A DNA stretch of 64,000 bases from SAR86 cluster bacterium (GTDB lineage: Bacteria; Pseudomonadota; Gammaproteobacteria; Magnimaribacterales; D2472). Below, one piece after another: positions 17,286 to 30,745 of the stretch; positions within the stretch are counted from its first letter, which is position 1, and every line of letters starts with the position of its first letter. The notes beneath the pieces were generated by a model. The model searched no databases, was not told the DNA's origin, and saw nothing but the letters and a program-made list of their open reading frames with translations. The stretch lies in NCBI GenBank assembly GCA_004212975.1, contig SHBF01000001.1:2801-66800 (forward strand), in the 5' to 3' direction. The position numbers and the translations under genes are program-made.

Positions 17286-20200
17286 TTGAAAGACTTATTA
17301 AATTCTTTAAAAACTGGTCAAGAGGACTTCACAACAATCTCTGCAGGCTTAGCCTCTCCTCAAGTAATTAAATCTTGGTCTTTTGGCGAAGTTAAGAAAC
17401 CTGAAACAATAAATTACAGAACATTTAAGCCAGAGAGAGATGGTCTATTTTGTGCAAAGATATTTGGGCCTGTAAAAGACTACGAATGTATCTGTGGTAA
17501 ATATAAAAGAATGAAACACAGAGGTGTTGTCTGTGAAAAATGTGGTGTTGAAGTAACTCTAGCAAAAGTTAGAAGGGAAAGAATGGGTCACATTGACCTT
17601 GCTGCGCCAGTTGCACATATTTGGTTCCTTAAATCTTTACCATCAAGAATTGGTTTGTTACTTAATGTGACTTTAAGAGAAATAGAAAGAGTCCTATATT
17701 TTGAAAGCTATATAGTCACTGACCCCGGACTTACTGAACTAGAAAAAGGACAGATCCTTACTGAAGAGGAGTGGGTAGAAAAATACGAAGAGTTTGGTGA
17801 CGAATTCTCTGCTGGAATGGGTGCTGAAGCAGTGCAAATACTTCTTGAAGAGCTTGATATAGATGATGAGATAAGAATTATTAGAGAAGAAATCCCACAA
17901 ACAAATTCAGAAACAAAACTAAAGAAATTTTCAAAGAGATTAAAACTATTAGAAGCTTTTAACAATTCTGGAAATAAGCCTGAATGGATGATAATGAATG
18001 TTCTTCCAGTTTTACCACCAGATTTAAGACCTTTAGTACCCTTAGAAGGTGGAAGATTTGCAACTTCTGATCTCAATGATCTTTATAGAAGAGTTATTAA
18101 CAGAAATAATAGATTAAAAAGATTACTGGAACTGAATGCTCCAGAAATTATTGTTAGAAATGAAAAAAGAATGCTTCAAGAGTCAGTCGACGCGCTCTTG
18201 GATAATGGACGAAGAGGAAGAGTTATAACAGGTACAAATAAAAGACCTTTAAAATCTCTTGCTGACATGATCAAAGGCAAAGGTGGAAGATTTAGACAAA
18301 ACTTACTTGGAAAAAGAGTTGATTACTCTGGAAGATCTGTAATTGTTGCTGGCCCTAATTTGAAATTACATCAATGCGGGTTACCTAAGAAGATGGCATT
18401 AGAATTATTCAAACCTTTTGTCTATGGAAAGTTAGAGAATAGGGAGCTTGCAACTACAATTAAAGCTGCAAAAAAACTTGTTGAAAGAGAAACTCCAGAA
18501 GTTTGGGAAGTGCTCGAAGAAGTAATTAGAGAACATCCAGTTTTGTTAAACAGAGCACCAACTCTTCATAGACTTGGTCTACAAGCTTTTGAACCAAAAT
18601 TAATTGAAGGTAAAGCAATTCAGTTACATCCTCTTGTTTGTGTAGCATTTAACGCAGACTTTGATGGTGACCAGATGGCTGTCCATGTCCCACTAACATT
18701 GGAGGCGCAGCTTGAAGCCAGAGCTTTAATGATGTCAACTAATAATATTCTCTCTCCAGCAGATGGATCACCTATCATCAATCCTACTCAAGATGTGGTT
18801 CTTGGACTCTACTATATGACAAGAGATAACGCTAACGCTTCTGGTGGTGGAAGAACATTTAGTAATGCCGATGAGGTTTTAAGAGCATATGAAACAGAGA
18901 ATTTAGAAATTCATTCACCTGTAAAAGTCAGAATTACTCATGAAAGTGGTGAGACATCAATTGAAGAAACCACAGTTGGACGTATTTTAATATGGAGAAT
19001 AACTCCTACTGAAGTTGGTTTTAAAAACATCAATACCGTTTTAAACAAGAAAACAGTATCAAAATTAGTTGATACTTCATATAGAAAAGCAGGACTTAAG
19101 AAAACAGTAATTTTTGCAGACCAACTAATGTATCTTGGTTTTGATTTTTCAACTAGGTCTGGTTCTTCTATTGGCGTTAATGATTTTGTTATACCTGAAG
19201 AAAAAGCAAGCATCATTGATTCATCAGAAAAAGAAGTAAAAGCAATTGAAAAACAATTCGACTCTGGTCTAGTAACAAGAGGAGAAAGATACAATAAGGT
19301 TATCGATATTTGGTCTAGAGCTAATGAACAAGTCGCAAAAGCAATGATGGAAAAAATTAGTTCAGAAACTGTTAAAAATCCCGATGGAGAAAATGTTGAT
19401 CAGTCATCTTTTAATTCTGTTTATATTTATGCAGATTCAGGTGCAAGAGGTTCACCTGCTCAAATTAGACAGCTCTCTGGTATGAGAGGATTAATGTCTA
19501 AACCGGATGGATCGATTATTGAAACTCCTATCACTGCAAACTTTAGAGAAGGCTTGTCTGTACTTCAGTACTTTATATCAACTCATGGAGCCAGAAAGGG
19601 CCTTGCAGATACTGCTTTAAAGACTGCCAATTCAGGATATTTAACAAGAAGATTATGTGACGTATCAATGGATTCAGTAATAAACATTGAAGATTGTGGT
19701 ACAACTGAGTCAATTACGGTTACTTCAATCATTGATGGTGGAGAAATTATTCAACCTCTTACAGATAGAATTTTAGGAAGAGTAATTGCAGAGCCAATAC
19801 TTGATGCTGATGGAAAAGAAATTTTCCCAGTCAACACAATGCTTGATGAAGATGCGCTAGTTACCATAGAAGAATTGAACTTATCTAGTTTAAAAATCAG
19901 ATCTCCAATGACATGTGATGCTCCTATAGGAGTTTGTGCTAATTGTTATGGAAGAGATCTTGCAAGAGGTCATTTGGTTCACAGAGGTGAAGCTGTCGGG
20001 GTTGTTGCAGCACAATCTATTGGAGAGCCTGGAACTCAATTAACTATGAGGACATTCCACATTGGTGGTGCCGCATCAAGTTCATCTGAAGAAAATGCAA
20101 TTTTTAATAAGAATTCTGGAGTTGTGAGCTTTTCGGATGACATGAAAACAGTTACAAATAAAGACAAACTTGAAGTTGTTGTTTCAAGAAATGCTATGTG

Positions 20201-21470
20201 TTCAATATCAGATGCTAATGGGAAAATTATTGAACAATACAAGGTGCCATATGGAGCTACTTTGGAGGTTGCTAACTCTACTGATCTTGAAGAAGGTATC
20301 AGAATAGCATCATGGGATCCATATACCAGACCCATAATCTCTGAAACTTCAGGTAAAGTTAAATTTACTGATATACAAGACGGAATAACTGTAAGAGAAC
20401 AGCTTGATGAATTAACAGGTTTATCAAGTGTTGAGATCATTGAAGTTGCTGACAGAACTTCAGCAGGAAGAGACATGAGTCCAACAATTGAAATTGTAGA
20501 TTCAAAAGGTAAACCAGTTTTAATTGGAGAATTTAAACAACCAGCAGTATATCCATTACCTGCTGGAGGACTTGTAAACCTTGTGAATGGTCAAAAAATA
20601 ACTGCTGGTGAAGTCATTGCTAGAATGCCTCTAGTCGCTTCTAAAACTAAAGATATTACAGGTGGACTTCCAAGAGTTGCAGATTTATTTGAAGCTAGAA
20701 CACCAAAAGATGCAGCAGTTCTTGCTGAAGAATCTGGTGTCGTATCATTCGGTAAAGAAACAAAAGGTAAAGTTAGGCTTGTAATAACTCCTGAAGGCGC
20801 TACTAAAAAAGCTCAAAACAAAGAAATGCTTATTCCAAAACATAGAACTTTAAATGTTTTTGAAGGAGAGAGAGTTAATAAGGGTGATGTAATTTCAGAG
20901 GGACCTTTAAGCCCTCATGATATATTAAGATTAAAAGGCATACCTGAGTTAACAAACTTCATTGTAAATGAAATTCAAGACGTATACAGACTTCAGGGAG
21001 TTTCTATTAACGATAAACATATTGAAACTATATTAAGACAGATGCTTAGAAAAGCATTGGTCATTGAAGGTGGCGATACAAAATTCATACAAGGTGATCA
21101 GGTGAGTTATGCAGAATTGAAAGAAGAAAATTCAAAAGCTGAAGCTGACGGAAAAAATCCTGCTGAATATGAAAGAGTATTACTTGGTATAACAAAGGCA
21201 TCATTAGCAACAGATTCATTTATATCTGCTGCGTCTTTCCAAGAAACTACTAGAGTGTTAACTGAGGCTGCTGTTACAGGCAAAAAAGACCATTTAAGAG
21301 GTCTTAAAGAAAATGTTGTTGTTGGAAGACTTATACCTGCTGGTACTGGTATGGAATTTCACGACAAACTAAGAGACAAAAAAATAGGTGAGTTTGAAGA
21401 AAGTACATTATCAGATGAAGATATTGAAGCAGCATTAAGGCAAGAGCTTCAAGAAAATGATGAAGAATAA
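17286..21470 (+). CDS. rpoC: DNA-directed RNA polymerase subunit beta'
   Basis: TTG start 6 nt after an [17 protein letters not shown]..., Zn finger [20 protein letters not shown], catalytic NADFDGDQM. 1394 aa. Confidence 0.99.
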   Translation: MKDLLNSLKTGQEDFTTISAGLASPQVIKSWSFGEVKKPETINYRTFKPERDGLFCAKIFGPVKDYECICGKYKRMKHRGVVCEKCGVEVTLAKVRRERMGHIDLAAPVAHIWFLKSLPSRIGLLLNVTLREIERVLYFESYIVTDPGLTELEKGQILTEEEWVEKYEEFGDEFSAGMGAEAVQILLEELDIDDEIRIIREEIPQTNSETKLKKFSKRLKLLEAFNNSGNKPEWMIMNVLPVLPPDLRPLVPLEGGRFATSDLNDLYRRVINRNNRLKRLLELNAPEIIVRNEKRMLQESVDALLDNGRRGRVITGTNKRPLKSLADMIKGKGGRFRQNLLGKRVDYSGRSVIVAGPNLKLHQCGLPKKMALELFKPFVYGKLENRELATTIKAAKKLVERETPEVWEVLEEVIREHPVLLNRAPTLHRLGLQAFEPKLIEGKAIQLHPLVCVAFNADFDGDQMAVHVPLTLEAQLEARALMMSTNNILSPADGSPIINPTQDVVLGLYYMTRDNANASGGGRTFSNADEVLRAYETENLEIHSPVKVRITHESGETSIEETTVGRILIWRITPTEVGFKNINTVLNKKTVSKLVDTSYRKAGLKKTVIFADQLMYLGFDFSTRSGSSIGVNDFVIPEEKASIIDSSEKEVKAIEKQFDSGLVTRGERYNKVIDIWSRANEQVAKAMMEKISSETVKNPDGENVDQSSFNSVYIYADSGARGSPAQIRQLSGMRGLMSKPDGSIIETPITANFREGLSVLQYFISTHGARKGLADTALKTANSGYLTRRLCDVSMDSVINIEDCGTTESITVTSIIDGGEIIQPLTDRILGRVIAEPILDADGKEIFPVNTMLDEDALVTIEELNLSSLKIRSPMTCDAPIGVCANCYGRDLARGHLVHRGEAVGVVAAQSIGEPGTQLTMRTFHIGGAASSSSEENAIFNKNSGVVSFSDDMKTVTNKDKLEVVVSRNAMCSISDANGKIIEQYKVPYGATLEVANSTDLEEGIRIASWDPYTRPIISETSGKVKFTDIQDGITVREQLDELTGLSSVEIIEVADRTSAGRDMSPTIEIVDSKGKPVLIGEFKQPAVYPLPAGGLVNLVNGQKITAGEVIARMPLVASKTKDITGGLPRVADLFEARTPKDAAVLAEESGVVSFGKETKGKVRLVITPEGATKKAQNKEMLIPKHRTLNVFEGERVNKGDVISEGPLSPHDILRLKGIPELTNFIVNEIQDVYRLQGVSINDKHIETILRQMLRKALVIEGGDTKFIQGDQVSYAELKEENSKAEADGKNPAEYERVLLGITKASLATDSFISAASFQETTRVLTEAAVTGKKDHLRGLKENVVVGRLIPAGTGMEFHDKLRDKKIGEFEESTLSDEDIEAALRQELQENDEE

Positions 21471-21472
21471 TG

Positions 21473-21508
21473 TTGACCATTAACCATATGCTCTATAAAA
21501 TCGCCGCC
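21473..21508 (+). promoter_or_regulatory. Sigma70 promoter with GC-rich discriminator for rpsL-rpsG-fusA
   Basis: TTGACC (21473-21478), 17-nt spacer, TAAAAT (21496-21501), then CGCCGCC. Confidence 0.5.
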
Positions 21509-21524
21509 TATATAAGAAATTAAT

Positions 21525-22369
<845 letters not shown>

Positions 22370-22381
22370 TTAAAAGTAATT

Positions 22382-24484
22382 ATGGCCAGAGATACTGTTT
22401 TAAACAAATATAGAAACGTTGGTATATGCGCTCACGTTGATGCTGGTAAGACTACTACTACTGAAAGAGTTTTATTTTATACAGGTCTTTCTCATAAAAT
22501 CGGAGAAGTGCACGATGGTGCTGCTGTAATGGATTGGATGGAACAGGAGCAAGAAAGGGGAATAACAATTACATCTGCCGCTACTACTTGTTTTTGGAGT
22601 GGAATGGAGCAGCAATATCCTCAACATAGAATAAATATTATTGATACACCAGGTCACGTAGATTTTACTATTGAGGTAGAAAGATCTTTAAGAGTATTGG
22701 ATGGAGCTGTAGTCGTTTTTTGTGGAACTTCTGGTGTTGAGCCTCAATCGGAAACGGTTTGGAGACAGGCTAACAGATATGAGGTGCCTAGGATTGTTTT
22801 TGTTAACAAAATGGATAGAGCAGGTGCTAACTTTGAAAGGGTAGTTGATCAAATTAAAGACAGATTACAAGCAAATATAATACCAATTCAATATAACATC
22901 GGAGCTGAAGATGATTTTAAGGGTGTTGTTGATCTGATAAATATGAGAGCTATTTATTGGAATGAAGATGATCAAGGTCTTACATTTGACTCAAAAGAGA
23001 TACCAGATGATTTAATGGATAAATGCTCAAAATTAAGAGAAGAAATGTTAGAAGCTGCAGCCGAGGCAAGTGAAGATCTTATGGATGCATATTTAGAGTC
23101 AGGAGAATTAACACCAGATCAAATTAAAGAAGGATTAAGAATTAGATCTCTTGCAAACGAAGTTATATTAGCGCTATGTGGTTCTGCATTTAAAAATAAA
23201 GGTGTTCAAGCTGTTTTAGATGCGGTTATTGACTTTCTACCAGCTCCTGACGAAGTTAAAGCTATAGAGGGAGTTATACCAAACAATTCAGATGAAGATG
23301 ATGAAATTGATTCAAGATCATCATCTGACGATGAACCTTTTTCTGCACTAGCATTTAAGATCGCCACTGATCCATTTGTAGGAACCCTTACTTTCATTCG
23401 AGTTTATTCTGGTGTTTTAAATGTTGGTGACGGCGTATTAAATACAACTAAGTCGAAGAAAGAGCGTGTGGGAAGAATGGTCCAGATGCACTCAAATAAC
23501 AGAGAAGAAATTAAAGAGGTAAGGGCTGGAGATATTGCTGCTTGTATTGGACTAAAAGATATTACAACTGGAGATACTTTATCTGATGCAAACAAACCGA
23601 TTATCCTTGAAAAAATGGATTTCCCGGAACCGGTTATCTCTGTTGCCGTAGAACCAAAGTCAAAGCAAGATCAAGAAAAAATGTCTTTGGCTCTAGGTAA
23701 GCTTGCACAAGAGGATCCTTCATTCCGTGTTGCAAGTGATGAAGAATCTGGGCAAACAATAATTTCAGGTATGGGTGAGCTTCATTTGGATGTACTTGTC
23801 GATAGAATGAAAAGAGAATTTTCAGTTGAAGCTAATATAGGGAAACCTCAGGTAGCTTATAGAGAAACTATAAAAGAAACAGTAGAAATTGAAGGTAAAT
23901 TCGTTAGACAAAGTGGTGGTAAAGGTCAATATGGTCACGTTTGGCTGAAGTTAGAGCCTTTAGGCCTAGATGATGAATATGAATTCGTTGATAAGATCGT
24001 AGGCGGAGTTATTCCTAAGGAATATATACCTGCTGTTAATAAAGGAATTCAGGAGCAAATGCAAAATGGAGTAATCGCTGGATATCCTCTATTAGCATTG
24101 AGAGCAACTTTATATGATGGCTCCTTCCATGATGTTGACTCAAACGAAATGGCATTCAAGATTGCAGGCTCAATGGCTTTAAAAGATGGGTCCTCAAAAG
24201 CTAAACCAGCTTTGCTTGAACCAATAATGAAAGTTGTTGTTGTGACACCAGAGGAACATATGGGTGATGTTGTTGGTGATTTAAACAGAAGAAGGGGAAT
24301 CATTCTTGGTATGGATGACATTACTTCTGGTAAAGAAGTTTCTTCTGAAGTGCCATTAGCTGAAATGTTTGGATATGCTACTGATTTAAGATCACAGACC
24401 CAAGGTAGAGCAACTTTTACCATGGAATTTACAAAATATGGCGAAGTTCCAAATAATATTGCTGAACAGCTAAAAACATCCTAA
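22382..24484 (+). CDS. fusA: Elongation factor G
   Basis: 700 aa, [13 protein letters not shown]1 motif, DTPGHVDF. Confidence 0.99.
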   Translation: MARDTVLNKYRNVGICAHVDAGKTTTTERVLFYTGLSHKIGEVHDGAAVMDWMEQEQERGITITSAATTCFWSGMEQQYPQHRINIIDTPGHVDFTIEVERSLRVLDGAVVVFCGTSGVEPQSETVWRQANRYEVPRIVFVNKMDRAGANFERVVDQIKDRLQANIIPIQYNIGAEDDFKGVVDLINMRAIYWNEDDQGLTFDSKEIPDDLMDKCSKLREEMLEAAAEASEDLMDAYLESGELTPDQIKEGLRIRSLANEVILALCGSAFKNKGVQAVLDAVIDFLPAPDEVKAIEGVIPNNSDEDDEIDSRSSSDDEPFSALAFKIATDPFVGTLTFIRVYSGVLNVGDGVLNTTKSKKERVGRMVQMHSNNREEIKEVRAGDIAACIGLKDITTGDTLSDANKPIILEKMDFPEPVISVAVEPKSKQDQEKMSLALGKLAQEDPSFRVASDEESGQTIISGMGELHLDVLVDRMKREFSVEANIGKPQVAYRETIKETVEIEGKFVRQSGGKGQYGHVWLKLEPLGLDDEYEFVDKIVGGVIPKEYIPAVNKGIQEQMQNGVIAGYPLLALRATLYDGSFHDVDSNEMAFKIAGSMALKDGSSKAKPALLEPIMKVVVVTPEEHMGDVVGDLNRRRGIILGMDDITSGKEVSSEVPLAEMFGYATDLRSQTQGRATFTMEFTKYGEVPNNIAEQLKTS

Positions 24485-24514
24485 AAACAATATAAATAAA
24501 ACTGTTCAATAAAG

Positions 24515-24551
24515 TTGACAGTACTGCTCTTAGGGGCTTAGAATACGCCAC
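24515..24551 (+). promoter_or_regulatory. Sigma70 promoter with GC-rich discriminator for the S10-spc-alpha block
   Basis: TTGACA (24515-24520), 18-nt spacer, TAGAAT (24539-24544), then ACGCCAC. AT-rich UP-like region upstream. Confidence 0.6.
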
Positions 24552-24608
24552 ATTTTGCGATTTGTAGGATGTAAAAGTTTTTTTAAAAAAGGTACAAAAA
24601 TAGGGTAA

Positions 24609-24923
24609 ATGGAGAATCAATCAATAAGAATTAGGCTGAAGGCTTTTGATTACAGATTAATTGATGCATCTGCAAAACTAATTGTTGAAACTGTAAAAAA
24701 AACAGGAGCAGTAATTAACGGACCTATCCCATTGCCAGTTAAAAAAGAAAGAACAACAGTACTGATATCACCGCATAAAGATAAAGATGCTAGAGATCAG
24801 TATGAAATTGTTACATATAAAAGATTGATGGACATTGTCAAACCAACTGATAAAACAGTTGATGCTTTAATGAAACTTGATCTATCTTCCGGGGTAGATG
24901 TTCAAATAAGCTTAGGACAATAA
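24609..24923 (+). CDS. rpsJ: 30S ribosomal protein S10
   Basis: [29 protein letters not shown]... Confidence 0.99.
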   Translation: MENQSIRIRLKAFDYRLIDASAKLIVETVKKTGAVINGPIPLPVKKERTTVLISPHKDKDARDQYEIVTYKRLMDIVKPTDKTVDALMKLDLSSGVDVQISLGQ

Positions 24924-24978
24924 ATTTTAACGCGAATGCGGCCATAGAGGGTTTATAGCCCCGTAAAAGGAGAAGAAA

Positions 24979-25608
24979 TTGAGCATAGGCTTGATAGGAA
25001 AAAAATCTGGTATGTCACGTCTTTTTCTTGAAGACGGTGAATCAGTTCCTGTAACTGCAGTTTCTGTGTGTGGTAATTTTGTTGCCGGCAAAAAAACTAC
25101 TGACAAAAATGGTTATAACGCACTTCTAGTATCTAAAACAACAAAATCTAATAATTTACCAAAATCACAATCTGAATTTTTTAAGAAAATTAATATTAAT
25201 CCAGGCAACCTTGCTGAGTTTAAGTCTGATGATATTGAAAATTATGAAATAGGAGCTCATCTCACAGCTGATATGTTTGAGGTTGGTCAGTACGTTGATG
25301 TTACTGGAACATCTAAAGGTAAAGGTTATGCCGGTGTAATTAAACGACATAATTTTTCTATGCAAGATGCTACTCATGGAAACTCACTAGCTCATAGAGC
25401 TCATGGTTCTATTGGGCAATGTCAAACTCCCGGGCGAGTTTGGAAGGGAAAGAAAATGTCAGGTCACATGGGTAATGTGCAAAAAACTGTGCAAAGTTTA
25501 AAGATAGTTGATATGGACGTTGCAAATAACGTTATTTATATCAAAGGAGCTGTTCCTGGGTTCAATGGCTCAGAACTAAAAATTAAACCATCTAATAAGA
25601 AATCATGA
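24979..25608 (+). CDS. rplC: 50S ribosomal protein L3
   Basis: TTG start 6 nt after an AAGGAG RBS, with an in-frame TAA just upstream. MSIGLIGKKSGMSRLF. Confidence 0.98.
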   Translation: MSIGLIGKKSGMSRLFLEDGESVPVTAVSVCGNFVAGKKTTDKNGYNALLVSKTTKSNNLPKSQSEFFKKININPGNLAEFKSDDIENYEIGAHLTADMFEVGQYVDVTGTSKGKGYAGVIKRHNFSMQDATHGNSLAHRAHGSIGQCQTPGRVWKGKKMSGHMGNVQKTVQSLKIVDMDVANNVIYIKGAVPGFNGSELKIKPSNKKS

Positions 25609-26219
25609 AAATAGAGCTTCTATCAAATACAAAAAATAAAGATATTTCTATATCTAATGATGTCTTTAGTAAGGAGTTTAATGAATCCTTAATACATCAA
25701 GCCGTTGTGAGTTTCATGGCATCATCGCGACAAGGCAGTGCAAAACAAAAAAATAGGTCTGAAGTTAGAGGTGGGGGTAAAAAACCATACAGGCAAAAGG
25801 GTACTGGCAGAGCAAGAGCGGGGACCATTAGAAGTCCTTTGTGGAGAGGCGGAGGTGTAACATTTGCCTCAAGACCTAGAGATTTCAGTAAAAAAATTAA
25901 TAAAAAAATGTATCGCGCTGCTATCAAATCAATTTTTTCTGAATTAGTAAGACAAAATAGACTGGTCGCCATTGAAAAACCAACTTTAAAGAAACCTAAA
26001 ACCAAGGAAGTTGCTAGTTTTTTAAATGAATTCTCTCTTAGTAAAGTTTTAATAATTACAGATGAACTTGATATGAATTTATATCTTTCAGCTAGAAACA
26101 TACCTAATGTCGATGTAATAACTGTGAGAGAAATAAATCCAATTAATCTTTTAAAACCTCAAAAAGTTGCTGTAACTGGAGAAGCTTTAAAACAAATAGA
26201 GGAGTGGATTAATGGGTAA
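25605..26219 (+). CDS. rplD: 50S ribosomal protein L4
   Basis: ...KQKNRSEVRGGGKKPYRQKGTGRARAGTIRSPLWRGGG... Confidence 0.98.
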   Translation: MKIELLSNTKNKDISISNDVFSKEFNESLIHQAVVSFMASSRQGSAKQKNRSEVRGGGKKPYRQKGTGRARAGTIRSPLWRGGGVTFASRPRDFSKKINKKMYRAAIKSIFSELVRQNRLVAIEKPTLKKPKTKEVASFLNEFSLSKVLIITDELDMNLYLSARNIPNVDVITVREINPINLLKPQKVAVTGEALKQIEEWING

Positions 26220-26508
26220 AGAAAAACTATATACATTAATTAAATCACCAATAATTACTGAGCAAACAGCACAGCTTGGAGAAAAAATGAAGCAAGTTGT
26301 TTTTAAAGTTGATCTTTCAGCAAATAAAAGAGAGATAAAACAAGCAGTTGAAGAATTATTCAAAGTAGAAGTATTAAATGTTACTACTTCTATTATGAAA
26401 GGAAAAACAAAAAGAAATAGATTTGGGGCTTATAAAAAATCAGATTACAAAAAAGCTTTTGTTTCTATAAGCGAAGATTCTGACATTCAATTTGAGGGTA
26501 TTAACTAA
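26212..26508 (+). CDS. rplW: 50S ribosomal protein L23
   Basis: 98 aa, ...[26 protein letters not shown]... Confidence 0.97.
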   Translation: MGKEKLYTLIKSPIITEQTAQLGEKMKQVVFKVDLSANKREIKQAVEELFKVEVLNVTTSIMKGKTKRNRFGAYKKSDYKKAFVSISEDSDIQFEGIN

Positions 26509-27332
26509 TGGCAATTGTTAAGTCAAAACCAACTAGTCCAGGTAGAAGGGGTCTTATCTCAGTTAAGTCTGATTTGTATAAGGGCAAACCTCACAAGTCC
26601 CTAATTGAACCAAAATCTAAAAATGGTGGAAGAAATAATAATGGAAGAATTACAGTGCGGCATCAAGGCGGAGGTCACAAGCAACACTATAGAGTTATAG
26701 ATTTTAAACGTAATAAGTTTGATATACCTGCAATTGTTGAGAGGATTGAATATGATCCAAACAGATCAGCTCATATCGCACTATTGAAATACCTTGATGG
26801 CGAAAGAAGCTATATTATAGCTCCATCAAAATTGAAAATTGGCGATGAAATAATATCCTCAGATAATTGTGAGATCAAAGTTGGTAATTCAATGAAGTTA
26901 AAGGATATTCCATTAGGTACTAATGTCCATTGTGTTGAGTTGAAGCCAATGAAGGGAGCTCAAATTGCAAGAAGCGCCGGAACATCTGCAAGACTTGTTG
27001 CCAAAGAGGGTATATACGCAACTCTAAGATTGCAGTCTGGCGAAACAAGAAAAGTGTTATGGGAATGTAGAGCCACACTTGGAACAGTTTCCAATCAAGA
27101 AAATAATCTTAAGTCTCTTGGAAAAGCTGGTGCTAAAAGATGGAGGGGTGTCAGACCAACTGTTAGAGGTGTTGCTATGAATCCAGTAGATCACCCACAT
27201 GGTGGAGGTGAAGGAAGAACTTCTGGTGGAAGACATCCATCAACACCATGGGGAGTTCCTACAAAAGGCTATAAGACAAGAAAAAATCAAAGAACTAATG
27301 ACCTTATTATAAGAAGAAGAGGTAAGAAGTAA
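26508..27332 (+). CDS. rplB: 50S ribosomal protein L2
   Basis: 274 aa, ...[21 protein letters not shown]... Confidence 0.99.
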   Translation: MAIVKSKPTSPGRRGLISVKSDLYKGKPHKSLIEPKSKNGGRNNNGRITVRHQGGGHKQHYRVIDFKRNKFDIPAIVERIEYDPNRSAHIALLKYLDGERSYIIAPSKLKIGDEIISSDNCEIKVGNSMKLKDIPLGTNVHCVELKPMKGAQIARSAGTSARLVAKEGIYATLRLQSGETRKVLWECRATLGTVSNQENNLKSLGKAGAKRWRGVRPTVRGVAMNPVDHPHGGGEGRTSGGRHPSTPWGVPTKGYKTRKNQRTNDLIIRRRGKK

Positions 27333-27333
27333 G

Positions 27334-27603
27334 ATGCCAAGATCACTAAAAAAAGGACCTTTTGTAGATTTATCTCTTTCAAAGAAAGTCGATGAAGCTA
27401 ATGCAAATAACGATAAAAAACCAATTAAAACTTGGTCAAGACGATCAATGATAATTCCTTCTATGGTTGGATTAACAATATCTGTTCATAACGGTAGACA
27501 ACATGTACCCGTATTTATTAACGAAGATATGGTAGGTCATAAGTTAGGCGAGTTTGCAATGACAAGAACTTTTAAAATGCATTCTGGAGATAGGAAGGCT
27601 TAA
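27334..27603 (+). CDS. rpsS: 30S ribosomal protein S19
   Basis: [12 protein letters not shown]... Confidence 0.99.
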   Translation: MPRSLKKGPFVDLSLSKKVDEANANNDKKPIKTWSRRSMIIPSMVGLTISVHNGRQHVPVFINEDMVGHKLGEFAMTRTFKMHSGDRKA

Positions 27604-27605
27604 TC

Positions 27606-27944
27606 ATGGAAACTAGAGCTTATTTAAAAGGAACAAGACTATCCCCACAAAAGGCAGCGCTTGTTGCGGATCAAATTAGAGGAAAGAGTGTAGATGAGGC
27701 TATGGATTTTCTAGTTTTTAATAAACAAAAAGGCTCTGCAGTAATGAAGAAATTATTAGAGTCAGCAATTGCTAATGCTGAGAATAATAATAATTCAGAT
27801 ATTGATAAGTTGTCGGTCAAATCTGTAATTGTTAATCAAGGAATGAGATTAAAAAGAATGAAAGCAAGGGCAAGAGGAAGAGCAGACAGAATTATAAAAC
27901 CAACATGTCATATAGAAATCATATTGGTGGAGGAAATTAACTAA
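27606..27944 (+). CDS. rplV: 50S ribosomal protein L22
   Basis: ...[26 protein letters not shown]... Confidence 0.98.
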   Translation: METRAYLKGTRLSPQKAALVADQIRGKSVDEAMDFLVFNKQKGSAVMKKLLESAIANAENNNNSDIDKLSVKSVIVNQGMRLKRMKARARGRADRIIKPTCHIEIILVEEIN

Positions 27945-28603
27945 TGGGACAAAAAGTAAACCCTAATGGATTTAGATTAGGTATTTCTAAGAAACAAAAT
28001 GCTAATTGGTATGCCAAAGGTAAAGATTTTTCTAGTAATTTAATTCAAGACCTTAAAGTAAGAGACCATTTGAATACAAAGTTAAAAAATTCTTCAATTA
28101 GTAAAATTGAATTAGAAAGAACTGCAGATACTTTCATTGTAAATATACACACTGCAAGACCAGGAATAATTATAGGTAAACGTGGTGAGGAAATAGAAAA
28201 TCTAAAAAAAGCTGTTGAAAAAATAGTTAAAGGCCCATCACAAATAAATATTAAAGAAGTAAAAAAACCAGATTTAGATGCACAAATTTTAGCAGAAGGT
28301 GTGGCACAGCAACTTGAAAAAAGAGTTATGTTCAGAAGAGCAATGAAAAGAACTGTTCAAAGTGCATTAAGGCAAAGTGCAAAAGGTGTTCGGATTGAGG
28401 TATCTGGAAGACTCAATGGTGCTGAAATTGCTAGAACAGAGTGGTATAGAGAAGGAAGAGTTCCTCTTCATACTCTTAGGGCTGACATAGATTACGGAAC
28501 AGCTGAAGCTCTAACAACTTATGGAATTATTGGTGTAAAAGTTTGGGTTTACAGAGGAGAAATTACTGAAGATCCATATAAGAATGACCAGGGAGCAAGT
28601 TAA
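27944..28603 (+). CDS. rpsC: 30S ribosomal protein S3
   Basis: [14 protein letters not shown]..., KH-domain segment [18 protein letters not shown]. Confidence 0.99.
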   Translation: MGQKVNPNGFRLGISKKQNANWYAKGKDFSSNLIQDLKVRDHLNTKLKNSSISKIELERTADTFIVNIHTARPGIIIGKRGEEIENLKKAVEKIVKGPSQINIKEVKKPDLDAQILAEGVAQQLEKRVMFRRAMKRTVQSALRQSAKGVRIEVSGRLNGAEIARTEWYREGRVPLHTLRADIDYGTAEALTTYGIIGVKVWVYRGEITEDPYKNDQGAS

Positions 28604-28608
28604 GTAAA

Positions 28609-29019
28609 ATGCTACAACCAAAACAAACAAAATTCCGAAAGATGCATAAAGGTCGCAACCGTGGTCTTGCACAAAATGGAAATACTATTGCATTTGGTAG
28701 ATTTGGATTGGTTGCTTCTGGCAGAGGAAGAATTACTGCAAGACAAATCGAAGCTGCCAGAAGAGCAATGACTAGATATATTAAAAGAGGCGGAAATATA
28801 TGGATAAGAATTTTTCCAGATAAGCCAATTACAAAAAAACCTTTAGAAGTAAGAATGGGAAAAGGTAAGGGTAACGTTGAATATTGGGTAGCGCTTGTTC
28901 AGCCTGGAAAAATAATGTTTGAAATGGCAGGAGTTGAAGAAGAACTTGCCAGAGAAGCATTTAGACTTGCATCAGCAAAATTACCAATTAAGACTCATTT
29001 TATAAAGAAGGATCTATAA
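28609..29019 (+). CDS. rplP: 50S ribosomal protein L16
   Basis: [19 protein letters not shown]... Confidence 0.99.
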   Translation: MLQPKQTKFRKMHKGRNRGLAQNGNTIAFGRFGLVASGRGRITARQIEAARRAMTRYIKRGGNIWIRIFPDKPITKKPLEVRMGKGKGNVEYWVALVQPGKIMFEMAGVEEELAREAFRLASAKLPIKTHFIKKDL

Positions 29020-29226
29020 ATGAATAAAGAATTAGCAGATTTAAGAAAAAAAAGTGTTGAACAGTTAAGTGCTGAGCTTATGTCTGCAAGAGAAACACAA
29101 TTTGGTTTAAGGATAAAACATAAAACGGGTCAACTTAATGAAGTCAGTGATTTAGTAAAAGTAAGAAAAAAAATTGCTGTTATTAAGACACTTATTAATG
29201 AAATGAAATTGAAGGATGAAAAATAA
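29020..29226 (+). CDS. rpmC: 50S ribosomal protein L29
   Basis: 68 aa, ...[26 protein letters not shown]... Confidence 0.95.
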   Translation: MNKELADLRKKSVEQLSAELMSARETQFGLRIKHKTGQLNEVSDLVKVRKKIAVIKTLINEMKLKDEK

Positions 29227-29492
29227 TGAAATCAACTAATCCAAGAATTTTAACTGGAGTAGTTACCAGCAATAAAGCTGATAAGACTATTACAGTCAAA
29301 ATTGAAAGAAAAGTAAAACATCCTTTATATGGAAAAGTAGTTAAGAGAGCTAGCAAAGTTCATGCTCATGATGAAAACAATTCAGCATCAATAGGAGACA
29401 TTGTCTCAGTAAAAGAATGCAGGCCTATTTCAAAAACAAAAACTTGGGTACTAGTATCTGATGAAATGCCCCAAACCGTGGAGGATAAATAA
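29226..29492 (+). CDS. rpsQ: 30S ribosomal protein S17
   Basis: ...[29 protein letters not shown]... Confidence 0.98.
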   Translation: MKSTNPRILTGVVTSNKADKTITVKIERKVKHPLYGKVVKRASKVHAHDENNSASIGDIVSVKECRPISKTKTWVLVSDEMPQTVEDK

Positions 29493-29860
29493 TGATTCAA
29501 ATGCAATCACTATTAAAAATCGCGGATAATAGCGGTGCACGAAGTGTTATGTGTATAAAGGTATTAGGCGGATCAAAAAGAAGATATGCAAATATTGGCG
29601 ATGTTATAAAAGTTGCAGTTCGTGAGGCAATCCCTACTGGAAAGGTTAAGAAGGGGCAAGTCGTTGATGCACTTATTGTTAGATCAAAAAAGGGTGTGAG
29701 AAGGCGTGATGGCTCTCTTATAAAGTTTGATGAAAATGCAGCAGTTCTTATTAATGCTCAGAAAGCCCCAATTGGGACAAGAGTATTTGGACCTGTAACA
29801 AGAGAATTAAGAGATGGTAAGCATATGAAAATATTATCGCTTGCACCTGAGGTTTTGTAA
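29492..29860 (+). CDS. rplN: 50S ribosomal protein L14
   Basis: [17 protein letters not shown]... Confidence 0.99.
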   Translation: MIQMQSLLKIADNSGARSVMCIKVLGGSKRRYANIGDVIKVAVREAIPTGKVKKGQVVDALIVRSKKGVRRRDGSLIKFDENAAVLINAQKAPIGTRVFGPVTRELRDGKHMKILSLAPEVL

Positions 29861-29861
29861 G

Positions 29862-30197
29862 ATGAGCAAGAATTTAATACCAACAAAATTAAGATCAGGA
29901 GATGAAGTAATTGTAATTGCTGGTAAAGATATTGGTAAGAAAGGAACTCTTAGAGAAATTGTTAGAAGCAAGAATAAAGCAATAGTAACTGGTATCAATA
30001 TGGTTAAGAAACATACTAAACCAAATCCAGAAATGGGCGTCACTGGTGGTGTAGTTGAACAAGAGGCTGCAATATCTTTATCAAATTTAGCAATATGGAA
30101 TCCAAAGAGTAAATCAAAAGATAAAATTTCTTACTCTACTAATAAAGATGGCAAAAAAATAAGACTTTATAAGTCAGATGGAGTTGAAATCAAATAA
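29862..30197 (+). CDS. rplX: 50S ribosomal protein L24
   Basis: Start moved to ATG 29862 ([28 protein letters not shown]), 1 nt after the rplN stop. The track start at 29841 is a TTG inside rplN. Confidence 0.96.
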   Translation: MSKNLIPTKLRSGDEVIVIAGKDIGKKGTLREIVRSKNKAIVTGINMVKKHTKPNPEMGVTGGVVEQEAAISLSNLAIWNPKSKSKDKISYSTNKDGKKIRLYKSDGVEIK

Positions 30198-30736
30198 TGG
30201 CTAATTTAAAAGAAAAATATAACAATGAGTTAAGACCAGCTTTAAAAGAAGAGCTTGGAATAGATAATATTATGGCAGTTCCTAAACTCACAAAAGTTGT
30301 TATCAATATGGGAGTTGGAGAAGCTGCAAATGATAAAAAACATCTTGAATCTGCTTTAGAAAACCTCACTGTTATTGCTGGACAAAAACCGATTGTAACC
30401 AAAGCTAGACAGTCTGTTGCAAGTTTTAAGATTAGAGAAGGCTGGCCACTTGGATGCAAGGTTACATTAAGAGGCAATAAAATGTATGACTTCATTGAAA
30501 GGCTTATCAATATTGCGATTCCAAGGGAAAGAGACTTTAGAGGACTCAATCCAAAGTCCTTTGATCAACAAGGGAATTATAGTTTTGGCATAAAAGAGCA
30601 GATTATTTTTCCTGAAATAAATTATGACAATATAGACAACATTAGAGGTATGGATGTTTGTATTAATACTTCGGCTAAATCAACTGAGCATGCTAAGGCA
30701 TTACTTAAAGCTCTAGATTTTCCTTTTAAACAATAG
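30197..30736 (+). CDS. rplE: 50S ribosomal protein L5
   Basis: 179 aa, ...[16 protein letters not shown]... Confidence 0.99.
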   Translation: MANLKEKYNNELRPALKEELGIDNIMAVPKLTKVVINMGVGEAANDKKHLESALENLTVIAGQKPIVTKARQSVASFKIREGWPLGCKVTLRGNKMYDFIERLINIAIPRERDFRGLNPKSFDQQGNYSFGIKEQIIFPEINYDNIDNIRGMDVCINTSAKSTEHAKALLKALDFPFKQ

Positions 30737-30745
30737 GTACAAAAT

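Noticed and set aside
24429-24620. 63-aa minus-strand ORF across the fusA-rpsJ gap.
   Set aside because: It overlaps the fusA end, the S10 promoter and the rpsJ start. There is no RBS and the composition is implausible.
25697-26101. 134-aa antisense ORF in rplD. Others lie at 30190-30549 (rplE), 33240-33569 (rplO) and 33920-34186 (secY).
   Set aside because: These are shadow ORFs opposite ribosomal and Sec genes, with no independent signals.
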